Below, piece by piece: positions 8,867-17,474 of a DNA stretch of 64,000 nucleotides (position 1 is its first letter; each line of letters starts with the position of its first letter). A program made the position numbers and the translations under genes. The notes beneath the pieces are model-generated. The model was given only the letters and a program-made list of their open reading frames with translations. It had not been told where the DNA came from and searched no databases. The stretch spans positions 1,254,151-1,318,150 of the forward strand of contig NZ_JAPNJW010000002.1 in assembly GCF_026626745.1 (NCBI RefSeq). The letters are read 5' to 3'. The DNA is from Nannocystis sp. RBIL2 (GTDB taxonomy: Bacteria; Myxococcota_A; Polyangia; Nannocystales; Nannocystaceae).

Positions 8867-10456
8867 ATGGCCGACGCACTCGACCACTATCTCACCTGGC
8901 GCCTTTACCGTGCCGAACTCGACATCGAGCTCGACTTCGCCGACGCCCAGCTCGACGAGCCCGCGCTGACCGCCAGCGCCCCGCGCCTCGAGGCCGCGCT
9001 GGACGCCCTCCACCGGATCGAGGGCGGCGCCGTCGCCAACGCCGACGAGGGCCGCATGGTCGGGCACTACTGGCTGCGCGACCCGGAGCGCGCCCCCGAT
9101 CCCGCGATCACCCAGGCCATCCACGACAGCTGGCGGCAGATCGAAGCCTTCGCCGCCGGCGTGCGCGGCGGCCAGATCCTCGCCGACGACGGCCGGCCGT
9201 TCACCGGCGCCATCCTCGTCGGGATCGGCGGCAGCGCTCTCGGCCCGCTGCTGCTCGAGGCCGCCCTGACCGCGCGAGACAGCGGCCCCGGCTTCAGCCT
9301 GCGCGTCCTCGACAACACCGACCCCGCCGGCATCGCCGACCTGCTCGCAGAGACAGGTACGCTCGCGCAGACCTTGATCCTCGTCGTCTCCAAGTCGGGC
9401 TCCACCGTCGAGACGCGCAACGGCATGCTCGAGCTGCGGGCCGCCTGTGCCCGTCAGGCGATCGAGTTCCCCAAGCGGGCGATCGCCATCACCCTCGAGG
9501 GCAGCACGCTCGATCAGCTGGCGCAGCGCGAGGGCTGGCTGGCGCGCTTCCCGATGTGGGACTGGGTCGGCGGGCGCACCAGCGTGCTCTCGCCGGTCGG
9601 CCTGTTGCCGGCCGCCCTGCTCGGCCACGACTGGCGCGGCCTCCTGCGCGGCGCCGCGGCGATGGACCAGTGGGGTCGCGTGCGGCCGGCGCGGCGCAAC
9701 CCGGCCGCCCTGCTCGCCTGGCTGTGGCACCAGCAGGGCTCGGGACATGGCCTTCGGGACATGGTCATTTTGCCATATAAGGATCGCCTGTCGCTGCTGT
9801 CGCGCTACCTGCAGCAGCTCGTGATGGAGTCGCTCGGCAAGCGGCTCGACCGCCAGGGCCGCGAGGTGTGGCAGGGGCTCGCGGTCTACGGCAACAAGGG
9901 CTCGACCGACCAGCACGCCTACGTGCAGCAGCTGCGCGACGGCCTGCACAACTTCTTCGCGGTGTTCGTGCGGGTGCTCCGCGACCTCGACGGCCAGGTC
10001 ACCGGCCCGGGCATGGTCGAGGTCGAGCCGCAGGTCAGCTCGGGCGACTGCCTCGACGGCTTCTACCAGGGCACCCGCGCCGCGCTCGCCGAGCGCGGAC
10101 GGGCCAGCGCGACGATCGTCCTGCGCCAGGTCGACGCCGCCGCCGTCGGCGCCCTGATCGCGCTGTTCGAGCGCGCCGTCGGGATCTACGCCGAGCTCAT
10201 CGACGTCAACGCCTACCACCAACCGGGCGTCGAGGCCGGCAAGCAGGCCGCGCAGGGCGTGCTCACGCTGCAGGCCGCGGTGCTCGCCGCGCTCCCGGGC
10301 GGCTCCGGAGGCAAGACCGCGCGCGAGCTCGCCGAGTCGCTCGGCGCCGACCCCGTGGCCGTGTGGCAGGTGCTGCGCCACCTCGCCAGCAACGGCCGCG
10401 TGAGCGTCGACAGCCTCGTCGATCCGGCGGCTGCACAGTTCGCGCGCGCGACTTGA
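8867..10456 (+). CDS. pgi: glucose-6-phosphate isomerase
   Basis: ORF 8351..10456 trimmed to in-frame ATG at 8867 (MADALDHYLTWRLY...); ILVGIGGSALGP, VVSKSGST motifs of PGI; upstream part is R/P-rich and overlaps the repeat array. Confidence 0.85.
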   Translation: MADALDHYLTWRLYRAELDIELDFADAQLDEPALTASAPRLEAALDALHRIEGGAVANADEGRMVGHYWLRDPERAPDPAITQAIHDSWRQIEAFAAGVRGGQILADDGRPFTGAILVGIGGSALGPLLLEAALTARDSGPGFSLRVLDNTDPAGIADLLAETGTLAQTLILVVSKSGSTVETRNGMLELRAACARQAIEFPKRAIAITLEGSTLDQLAQREGWLARFPMWDWVGGRTSVLSPVGLLPAALLGHDWRGLLRGAAAMDQWGRVRPARRNPAALLAWLWHQQGSGHGLRDMVILPYKDRLSLLSRYLQQLVMESLGKRLDRQGREVWQGLAVYGNKGSTDQHAYVQQLRDGLHNFFAVFVRVLRDLDGQVTGPGMVEVEPQVSSGDCLDGFYQGTRAALAERGRASATIVLRQVDAAAVGALIALFERAVGIYAELIDVNAYHQPGVEAGKQAAQGVLTLQAAVLAALPGGSGGKTARELAESLGADPVAVWQVLRHLASNGRVSVDSLVDPAAAQFARAT

Positions 10457-10500
10457 CGCGCGAGACGTCGCGGGCGAAGGGCGAGTATCCTGCCGCGCCC

Positions 10501-11916
10501 ATGGCCTCGGTCCCCGGACTCCGCGCGCTCATCACCCTCGCCTGGCCGATCGTGCTCGCACGCTCGGCGCAGTCGGTGATCAGCTTCAGCGACGCGGCGA
10601 TGGTCGCCCCGCTCGGCGACGACGCGCTCGCGGCCGCGACCACGGGCGCCATGAACGCGCTGGGGATCCTCGTGCTGCCGATGGGCATCACGTTCATCGT
10701 CCAGAGCTACGCGGCCCAGCTCGCCGGCCGGGGCGACCTCGCCAGCGCGCGCCGCTACGCCTGGTACGGCCTGTGCCTGTCCGCCCTGGCGTTGCTCGCC
10801 ACCATCGTCGCAATCCCGGCGATAGGCCCGCTGCTGTCGCTGACCGGCCACGAGCCGGCGGTGCGCGAGGTGATGGCCGAGTACATGGCGATCCGCATGC
10901 TCAGCACCGGCGTCGTCGTCGGCACCGAGGCGCTCGGCAACTGGTTCGCCGGCCTCGGCGACACCCGGGTGTCGATGCGCGCCAGCCTGGTCGCGATGGT
11001 CGTCAACATCGGCCTCAACTGGGTCCTGATCTACGGCAACCTCGGCGCCCCCGCGCTCGGCGTCCAGGGGGCCGCGTGGGCCAGCGTGTTCGCCAGCGTG
11101 GCCGGCTTCGCAGTGTGCTGCCACGCCTTCTGGCGCGCGCGCGGCCGGCGGGCGATCGACCCGGCGACGCTCGGCCCCGTCGAGCACCCGGTACCTGACC
11201 TTCCGGACAGCTCGGATGGCCGCCTCAACCTGCGCGAGTTCTCGCGGATGATGCGGTTCGGCCTGCCGAACGGCCTCAACTGGTTCCTCGAGTTCGCGGC
11301 CTTCCTGATCTTCATCAACCTCGTGGTCGCCGAGCTCGGGACCGTCGCGGTCGCGGCGCTGATGGCCGTGGTGGCCGTCAACTCCGTCTCGTTCATGCCC
11401 GCCTTCGGCCTCGGCTCGGCCGGCGCGGTCCTGGTCGGCCAGGCGATCGGCGCCGGCCGCCACGACCACGTGCCGCGGATCGTGGTGCGCACCTTCTCGG
11501 TCGCCGCCGTCTGGCAAGGCCTGGTCGGGCTGCTCTACTTCACGTTCCCGGTGCCGCTGATGATGATCTTCGCCCGCGACGAGATCGAGACGTCCGGCGA
11601 GGTCGTGAACCTCGGCGCCCAGCTGCTGGCGATCAGCGCGGTGTGGCAGCTGCTCGACGCCACCGTGATCACTATCAACGAGGCGCTGCGCGCCGCCGGC
11701 GACACCGCCTGGCCGCTGATCCTCCGGATCTCGCTCGCCTGGGTGATCTGGCTGCCCCTGGCCTGGCTGACCGTGTTCGTCTGGGACGGCGGCGCGGTCG
11801 CGGCGACGTGGAGCATGTGCGTGTACATGGTGTTCCTGGCCCTGGCGATGGTGCTCCGCTTCCGCACCGGCGCCTGGCGCCGCATCGACCTCACCGGCCG
11901 CGGCGCGACCGGCTGA
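10501..11916 (+). CDS. MATE family multidrug efflux transporter
   Basis: 12-TM-like hydrophobic profile, MATE-like N-terminus (LAWPIVLARSAQSVISFSDAAMVAPLG); ORF 9868..11916 trimmed to ATG 10501, upstream part is R-rich and overlaps pgi. Confidence 0.8.
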   Translation: MASVPGLRALITLAWPIVLARSAQSVISFSDAAMVAPLGDDALAAATTGAMNALGILVLPMGITFIVQSYAAQLAGRGDLASARRYAWYGLCLSALALLATIVAIPAIGPLLSLTGHEPAVREVMAEYMAIRMLSTGVVVGTEALGNWFAGLGDTRVSMRASLVAMVVNIGLNWVLIYGNLGAPALGVQGAAWASVFASVAGFAVCCHAFWRARGRRAIDPATLGPVEHPVPDLPDSSDGRLNLREFSRMMRFGLPNGLNWFLEFAAFLIFINLVVAELGTVAVAALMAVVAVNSVSFMPAFGLGSAGAVLVGQAIGAGRHDHVPRIVVRTFSVAAVWQGLVGLLYFTFPVPLMMIFARDEIETSGEVVNLGAQLLAISAVWQLLDATVITINEALRAAGDTAWPLILRISLAWVIWLPLAWLTVFVWDGGAVAATWSMCVYMVFLALAMVLRFRTGAWRRIDLTGRGATG

Positions 11917-11918
11917 TC

Positions 11919-11980
11919 GAGCATGCCCTCAAGGGCATGTCCTCGAGGGCATGCTCTTCAGGACATGTCCGTCAGTGGCA
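11919..11980. repeat. tandem array (4 units) of GRCATGYCC elements filling the convergent gap between the MATE gene and the DUF1963 gene
   Basis: gagcatgccctcaag ggcatgtcctcgag ggcatgctcttcag gacatgtccgtcag. Confidence 0.8.
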
Positions 11981-13381
11981 CTGCAGCGCCCCGCGCGCCT
12001 GCGACCAGTCGTGGACGGCCAGGGCGTCGGCGGGGATCCAGAAGTAGAAGAAGCCGCCGTCCTGGTTGAGCAGCAGCTCGCCGTCCTGCTGGGCGTCGAT
12101 CTGCAGCAGAAGCCGCCAGCGCAGCGATCGCCGACGGATCGCCAACGCCTCGGGGCTGCCGTCGTCCCAGCCGTCCCAGCCCTGGGGGCGAGTGTCGATC
12201 TCGACGTCGAGGTACGGATCGCCCTGGATCGAGGCCGGGTGGCCGAGCAGGCGGTGGTACGGCCGCTCGTAGTCGTCGAGCTCGCCGGAATCGGCGATGA
12301 AGCACTCGAGCGGGTTGAACGGGATCAGCTCGCCCCCCTTGCCCTGCTGACGCTGCCGATGGACCTCGAGGACGCGCGCCTCGGGCAGCAGCGACTCGTA
12401 GAAGAAGTAGCTGTCGACGCACGGGTACAGCCGTTCGTCGGCGACGTCGATGTCGTAGGCGCTCAGCCGCTCGACCCCCGGAGGCACCGGACGGCAGGCG
12501 AGCGCGTCGAGGTCGGTGAAGTGGAGCACCCGCACCGGATGGCCACGGACGCCGTCGGGCGGGATCGGGGCGTAGAAGAAGCTCAGGAGGCCATGCGCGG
12601 GCAGCTCGCGCGCGGCGGCGCGACCCGCCAGCTCGGCGAGATCGAACTGGGCGACGAAGGTCAGCTTGACGCCGTCGACCTCGGGCCACGGGAGGTCGGG
12701 CGGCAAGTCGGGAGCACCGCCCAGGCGCGTCTGGCCGGGATCATCAGTGACCTCCGCGTCGTCCCCGTCATCCTCGTCCCCGTCATCCTCGTCGACATCG
12801 GCATCGTCGTCTTCGTCCTCATCCTCGTCGAGCTCTTCGCTGCGAGAGAGGTGCAAGCGGATCGACGGGCGGGCCATGGCCCGCACCTCGGCGACGTGAT
12901 CGGCGAGGCCGAGCGGCTCCAGGCGCTCGCGCCACTCGGCCTCGCGCGCGGCCTCGTCCATGGCCGCGAGACGAACCGGATCGCGGAGCGCCGCGGCGAA
13001 GTCGTCGGGCCGCTGCAGCGCTTCGTCGGCGAGCACTGCCCCGTAGGCGAACAGGTCGCAGGGCATCATCGCGTCGGGTTCGCCGAAATGCGCGAGGATC
13101 GCCGGCATCGCCTGCAGGTGGCCCTCGACGTACGCCAGCCAGCGCCCGGGCGCGTGCTTGCGATCGTCGCCGATGAAGACCTCCTGCTCGCGGATATCGA
13201 GCGGGATGACGCCATCGACCGGATCGAAGGTCGTCAGCCGCAGGGCCACGAGGGGATAGCCCGCCTCGCTGCGCCACACCGGCGCGTCGTAGCCGGAGGC
13301 GAACGCGAGCTCGACGAACCCTTCGCGCAGCGGGAGGTGACGGCGGAACAACTCGAGCAACCGGTCGGGATCGACGCTCAC
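11972..13381 (-). CDS. DUF1963 (YwqG-like) domain protein with poly-acidic linker
   Basis: C-terminal LLLQIDAQQDGELLLNQDGGFFYFWIP matches DUF1963 family signature; long DEDEDEDDDADVDEDDGDEDDGDD stretch. Confidence 0.6.
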   Translation of the reverse strand: MSVDPDRLLELFRRHLPLREGFVELAFASGYDAPVWRSEAGYPLVALRLTTFDPVDGVIPLDIREQEVFIGDDRKHAPGRWLAYVEGHLQAMPAILAHFGEPDAMMPCDLFAYGAVLADEALQRPDDFAAALRDPVRLAAMDEAAREAEWRERLEPLGLADHVAEVRAMARPSIRLHLSRSEELDEDEDEDDDADVDEDDGDEDDGDDAEVTDDPGQTRLGGAPDLPPDLPWPEVDGVKLTFVAQFDLAELAGRAAARELPAHGLLSFFYAPIPPDGVRGHPVRVLHFTDLDALACRPVPPGVERLSAYDIDVADERLYPCVDSYFFYESLLPEARVLEVHRQRQQGKGGELIPFNPLECFIADSGELDDYERPYHRLLGHPASIQGDPYLDVEIDTRPQGWDGWDDGSPEALAIRRRSLRWRLLLQIDAQQDGELLLNQDGGFFYFWIPADALAVHDWSQARGALQCH

Positions 13382-13468
13382 GAGCGCATCATACCGACCT
13401 GCCGGATTCCCGCGCTCGCCCCGCGCGGCGCGTCGCGCCCGTACCGACGATGCGCGCGAGGAGCTGCC

Positions 13469-14494
13469 CTACCGCCCCGCCGGCCCGGCGAACGCGGCCA
13501 GCAGCTCGGCGGCCGCGTGGTCGGGGCTGAGCCGGCCGGTGCGGACGGCCGCCTCGAGCGCGGGTCGGCGCGCGAGCACCTCGGGATCGGCGGCGAAGCG
13601 GCGCATCAGCTCGGCCTCGATCGCCCGCCACAACCAGTACACATGCTGGGCCTCGCGCTGGGCCTGCCAGGCGGGCCCGGCCTGGAGGGCCTCGCGGTGG
13701 CGCTCGACGGTCTGCCACAGCGCGGGGAGGCCGGCGCCGGTGACGGAAGAAGTGGTGACGACGGGGACCGACCAGCCAGCGTGCTTGGGCCGGATGAGGC
13801 GCATCGCCAGGGCGTACTCGGCGCGAGCGCGCTCGGCAGCGGCGAGGTTGTCGCCGTCGGCCTTGGTGATGGCGAGGATGTCGGCGAGCTCGAGGATCCC
13901 GCGCTTGATGCCCTGCAGCTCGTCGCCGGCGCCGGCGAGCATGAGGACGAGGAAGCAGTCGACGAGCTGCGCGACCATCACCTCCGACTGGCCGACGCCG
14001 ACGGTCTCGACCAGGACGACGTCGAAGCCGGCGGCCTCGCACAGCAGCACTGTCTCGCGGGTGTGACGGGCGACGCCGCCGAGCTCGCCGAGCGACGGCG
14101 ACGGGCGGATGAAGGCGCGCGGCTCACGGGCCAGCTCCTGCATGCGGGTCTTGTCGCCGAGGATGCTGCCGCCGCTGCGCACCGAGCTCGGATCGACCGC
14201 GAGCACTGCTACGCGGCGACCGAGGTCCCGCACCAGATGGAGACCGAGCGCCTCGATCAGGGTGCTCTTGCCGGCCCCCGGGCTGCCGGTGATGCCGACG
14301 CGCAGCGCCCCGCCCGCCCGCGAATCGCCCGTCTGCAGCGCCGCCACCAGCTCGCGCGCCAGCGCCTGATCGTCAGCCCGCTGGCTCTCGACCAACGTGA
14401 TCGCCCGCGCCAGCACCGCCCGATCGCCGGCCTGCACCCCCGCTGCGTACGCCTCGACGCTGAGCCGCCCTCGTGCCATCGCCGGGCGCACCAT
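13469..14494 (-). CDS. meaB: methylmalonyl-CoA mutase-associated GTPase MeaB/ArgK family
   Basis: P-loop GITGSPGAGKST, LVETVGVGQSE, ITKADG motifs characteristic of MeaB. Confidence 0.85.
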   Translation of the reverse strand: MVRPAMARGRLSVEAYAAGVQAGDRAVLARAITLVESQRADDQALARELVAALQTGDSRAGGALRVGITGSPGAGKSTLIEALGLHLVRDLGRRVAVLAVDPSSVRSGGSILGDKTRMQELAREPRAFIRPSPSLGELGGVARHTRETVLLCEAAGFDVVLVETVGVGQSEVMVAQLVDCFLVLMLAGAGDELQGIKRGILELADILAITKADGDNLAAAERARAEYALAMRLIRPKHAGWSVPVVTTSSVTGAGLPALWQTVERHREALQAGPAWQAQREAQHVYWLWRAIEAELMRRFAADPEVLARRPALEAAVRTGRLSPDHAAAELLAAFAGPAGR

Positions 14495-14530
14495 ACCCGC
14501 TGGCCGGGCTGCGCGACAAGCGGCGCCACC

Positions 14531-14557
14531 GGATGTCCCGAGGGACCTGTCCCGAAG
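14531..14557. repeat. two-unit palindromic element (ggatgtcccgagg gacctgtcccgaag)
   Basis: same family as the other arrays; between meaB start and small gene stop. Confidence 0.6.
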
Positions 14558-14694
14558 TTCAGACGCGCATTACGCCGCGTCTGCCGCGCTCGCAGCGGGC
14601 ACGACGCGAGCCGCCGAGACAGCGCGCCTGCCGACGCGACAGGCGCCGGGACGCGAGGTGAAAAGCTCGATCGGACTGCGGGCCGCGACCGGCG

Positions 14695-14922
14695 TCAGGG
14701 CGCCACGGACGCCTGGGCGTGGGCACCACGGCTGGTCGGGCGGCTGTAGAACAGGGTGATGGTCAGGCAGTGAAACTCGCTGTCGGAGCTCTGGGTGACC
14801 ACCTTGTCGACGATCTCGACGCCGGGATTGGCCTCGAGCCACTCGTTGATGCGGTCGCTGATCTGCTCGCGCTCCCAAGCCTTGGTCGCCGAGAACACCT
14901 TGACTCCCGTAAATGCCACCAT
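14695..14922 (-). CDS. small hypothetical protein (75 aa)
   Basis: ATG at 14922 preceded by GGAGAG 5 nt upstream; non-biased composition (MVAFTGVKVFSATKAWEREQISDRINEWLEANPGVEIVDKVV...) unlike surrounding shadow ORFs. Confidence 0.55.
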   Translation of the reverse strand: MVAFTGVKVFSATKAWEREQISDRINEWLEANPGVEIVDKVVTQSSDSEFHCLTITLFYSRPTSRGAHAQASVAP

Positions 14923-15039
14923 GTGCCTCTCCCTCTTGCAGCGCCCGGGGGTGATGCGTCGCGGCCAACCCCTCATGGGTCGCCGTCGCCGGAGGCGCCG
15001 CCCAGATCTGGCCCTGAGGTATGGCAGAGGCAACGGGGC

Positions 15040-15165
15040 GAATAAAGTTAAAAAGTGCGCACGGGCCCGCGGGCCGCAGGTCACGGCCTGTTAGAGCCTT
15101 TTTTGTAATTGAGCATGCAATTTGATCCGTCGATATTGTGACGAACTCGCCTATATTGCCGCGCC
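15040..15165 (+). promoter_or_regulatory. AT-rich promoter-like region upstream of prmA (candidate TTGAGC-N17-GATATT)
   Basis: gaataaagttaaaaagtg ... ttttttgtaattgagcatgcaatttgatccgtcgatattgtgacg, strongly AT-enriched relative to window. Confidence 0.35.
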
Positions 15166-16134
15166 ATGCGTGAGACAGCAGAGACGACCGCCGAACCGTG
15201 GGCGACGCTTTTGGTCCAGCTCCGCGGCCGGTCCGACGACGACGGCCAGGGCCTCGACCTCGGCGAGCTGACCGAGGCGTCGGAGCGGCTCGAGGCGCTG
15301 GCGACGCTGATCGCCGAGGACCCGCGCGCTGCGGGCGTGGAGACGCGGGACACGTCGACCCTCGGCAGTCGGTGCGAGATCCCCGAGTTGACGATTTACA
15401 CCACCCCCGACGGCCTCGAAGGCCTCATTGCCGAGGTCGAGCGGCTCGGCGCCGACCTGCTTCTGCCGCTGCGGCTGACCCCGGCGGTGCGCACCGACGA
15501 CGACTGGCGCGACACGTGGAAGCAGTTCTACGCGCCGCTGGTGTTCTCGGCCGCGACGACCACGCTGCTGGTGCGGCCGAGCTGGATCGATCGCCGGCCC
15601 GGCGACCCGGAGCTCGAGCTGGTCCTCGACCCCGGCCGCGCCTTCGGCACCGGCCAGCACGAGACCACGCGGCTGTGCCTCGAGCTGCTGGTCGCCCTCG
15701 CCGAGGCCGGCGCGCGCCCCGACCGCGTGCTCGACCTCGGCTGCGGCTCCGGCATCCTGGCCCTCGCCGCGGCGCGGCTGTTCCCGCAGGCCGCGGTGGT
15801 CGCCGCCGACAATGATCCCGAGGCCGCCGACACCACCGCCGAGAACGCCGCTGCCAACAAGCTAGAAGACCGGCTCGAGATCCGGGCCGCGACCGTCTTG
15901 GAACTTTCGGACAGCTTCGATCTGATCCTCGCCAACATCCGCCCCGGCGTGCTGATCCCGATCGCCGGCGACCTCGCGCGCCGCCTCGCCCCCGGCGGCG
16001 CCGTCGTCCTCAGCGGCGTGCTCGGCGAGGAGGCCGAGGACGTGCTCGCCGCCTACACCGCGGCCGGGCTGGCGCTGGCCGACCGCCGCGACCTCGCCGA
16101 GTGGTGCGCGCTGGTCCTGCGAGCGGCCGGATGA
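15166..16134 (+). CDS. prmA: ribosomal protein L11 methyltransferase
   Basis: VLDLGCGSGILALAAARL SAM motif, PrmA-like length and N-domain; stop overlaps rsmE start (ATGA). Confidence 0.8.
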   Translation: MRETAETTAEPWATLLVQLRGRSDDDGQGLDLGELTEASERLEALATLIAEDPRAAGVETRDTSTLGSRCEIPELTIYTTPDGLEGLIAEVERLGADLLLPLRLTPAVRTDDDWRDTWKQFYAPLVFSAATTTLLVRPSWIDRRPGDPELELVLDPGRAFGTGQHETTRLCLELLVALAEAGARPDRVLDLGCGSGILALAAARLFPQAAVVAADNDPEAADTTAENAAANKLEDRLEIRAATVLELSDSFDLILANIRPGVLIPIAGDLARRLAPGGAVVLSGVLGEEAEDVLAAYTAAGLALADRRDLAEWCALVLRAAG

Positions 16135-16820
16135 GCACGCGGGTGTTCGTGGGCGCGCCGGCCGACCCGGCGCGTGTCGACCTGGACGCAGCCGAGTCGC
16201 ACTACCTCCGGCGGGTCCGCCGGGTCGGCGACGGCGCGCGCATCGAGGCGATCGACGACCACGGCGCCCTGTGGCTGGCCGAGGTCGTCGGCGGCGACGC
16301 GCGCGGCACCACCCTGAAGTTGCTCGAGCAACGAACGGTGCCGGCCCCCGCGCGCGAGGTCGTGGTCCTGCTCGGCATGCCCGAGCCGGCCACCGTGCTG
16401 GACGTGCTGCCGGCGCTGTGCGAGATCGGCGTCGCCGAGGTCGTGCTGGTCCGCTGCGCCCGCAGCCAGGGCGCGGCGCCCGGCGGCGAACGGATCGCGC
16501 GGGTGCTGCGAGCGGCGCAGCGTCAGTGCGGCAGGCCGCGCGCGCCTGCGATCTCGGGACCCGTCGATCTCCGCGAGGCCACGCACCGGCGCACCGACCT
16601 CCCCGGCTTGTTCGCGTGGGAGGAATTGCGCGCGACATCGAGCGACGCGCCGGCGGTCACGGCGGGTGCTCGTGTGTGCGTGGGGCCCGAAGGTGGGTTT
16701 ACCCCCGAGGAGGCGGCGCTGCTGCGCGCCGCGGGCTTCCGCGCGCTCGGCCTCGGGCCCTACACGCTGCGCACCGAGACGGCGGCGCTGGTCGCTGTCG
16801 CTCGCGTGATGTTCGCCTGA
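16131..16820 (+). CDS. rsmE: 16S rRNA (uracil1498-N3)-methyltransferase RsmE family
   Basis: MSTRVFVGAP...HYLRRVRRV...VLLGMPEPATVLDVLPALCEIGVAEVVLV...VCVGPEGGFTPEE, RsmE/SPOUT signatures. Confidence 0.8.
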   Translation: MSTRVFVGAPADPARVDLDAAESHYLRRVRRVGDGARIEAIDDHGALWLAEVVGGDARGTTLKLLEQRTVPAPAREVVVLLGMPEPATVLDVLPALCEIGVAEVVLVRCARSQGAAPGGERIARVLRAAQRQCGRPRAPAISGPVDLREATHRRTDLPGLFAWEELRATSSDAPAVTAGARVCVGPEGGFTPEEAALLRAAGFRALGLGPYTLRTETAALVAVARVMFA

Positions 16821-16874
16821 GCGCCGGCGGGGACCCGCCGCGCCGCGCGGGGACGGACCGGGAGGCCCGGGGCC

Positions 16875-17474
16875 GTGTTATGGTGCGCGCCGATGGCGTT
16901 TTGGTCCCGCAAGGAGCGACCCGCACCGTGTCCGAGCTGCGACGCGGCGCTGGACATCGGCCTCGTCAAGGACGGGCAACCGACGTGCCCGGCGTGCGGG
17001 CAAGCGCTGGTGCCGGTGCGCGTCGCCGGCTTCTGGCGTCGCCTCGCCGCCGCGGTGGTCGACGCCGCGATCCTGCTCGTCACCGCCGGGCCGCTGCATC
17101 TCGGGCTGCAGCGCGTGATCGGCGATGCCAGCCCGGTGCGCGGCGCCTTCTCGTGGGCCGGCCTGCTCCAGCTCTTGACCGTCGAGCCGCTCGAGATCCT
17201 GGTGTGGCTGGCGCCGCTCCTGGTGATGGTCGCGTTCTACTTCGTGCTCTTCATCGCCCTGTCCGGAAGGACACCCGGGCAGAAGCTCACCGGGATCCGC
17301 GTGGTCCACCGCGCCGGCGGCAAGGTCGGTCCGGTGCGCGCGACGGTGCGTTTCGCGGGCACCGCCGTCGGCCTGGTACCCGGCGGCCTCGGCTCGCTAT
17401 GGATGGCCTTCGACCGCGAGAAGCGGGCCTTCCACGACTACCTGACAGGCACCTACGTCGTGAGGGAACAGTGA
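16875..17474 (+). CDS. RDD family membrane protein with N-terminal zinc-ribbon (CPSC...CPAC)
   Basis: GTG 16875 with GGAGG 9 nt upstream (alt ATG 16893); RDD motif region RFAGTAVGLVPGGLGSLWMAFDREKRAFHDYLTGTYVV. Confidence 0.7.
   Translation: MLWCAPMAFWSRKERPAPCPSCDAALDIGLVKDGQPTCPACGQALVPVRVAGFWRRLAAAVVDAAILLVTAGPLHLGLQRVIGDASPVRGAFSWAGLLQLLTVEPLEILVWLAPLLVMVAFYFVLFIALSGRTPGQKLTGIRVVHRAGGKVGPVRATVRFAGTAVGLVPGGLGSLWMAFDREKRAFHDYLTGTYVVREQ

Noticed and set aside
7614-10381. Large R/G/P-rich ORFs (7614..8498+, 7618..8781-, 8243..10381-) overlapping UGPase and pgi
   Set aside because: Extreme compositional bias, antisense to well-supported genes; regarded as non-coding.
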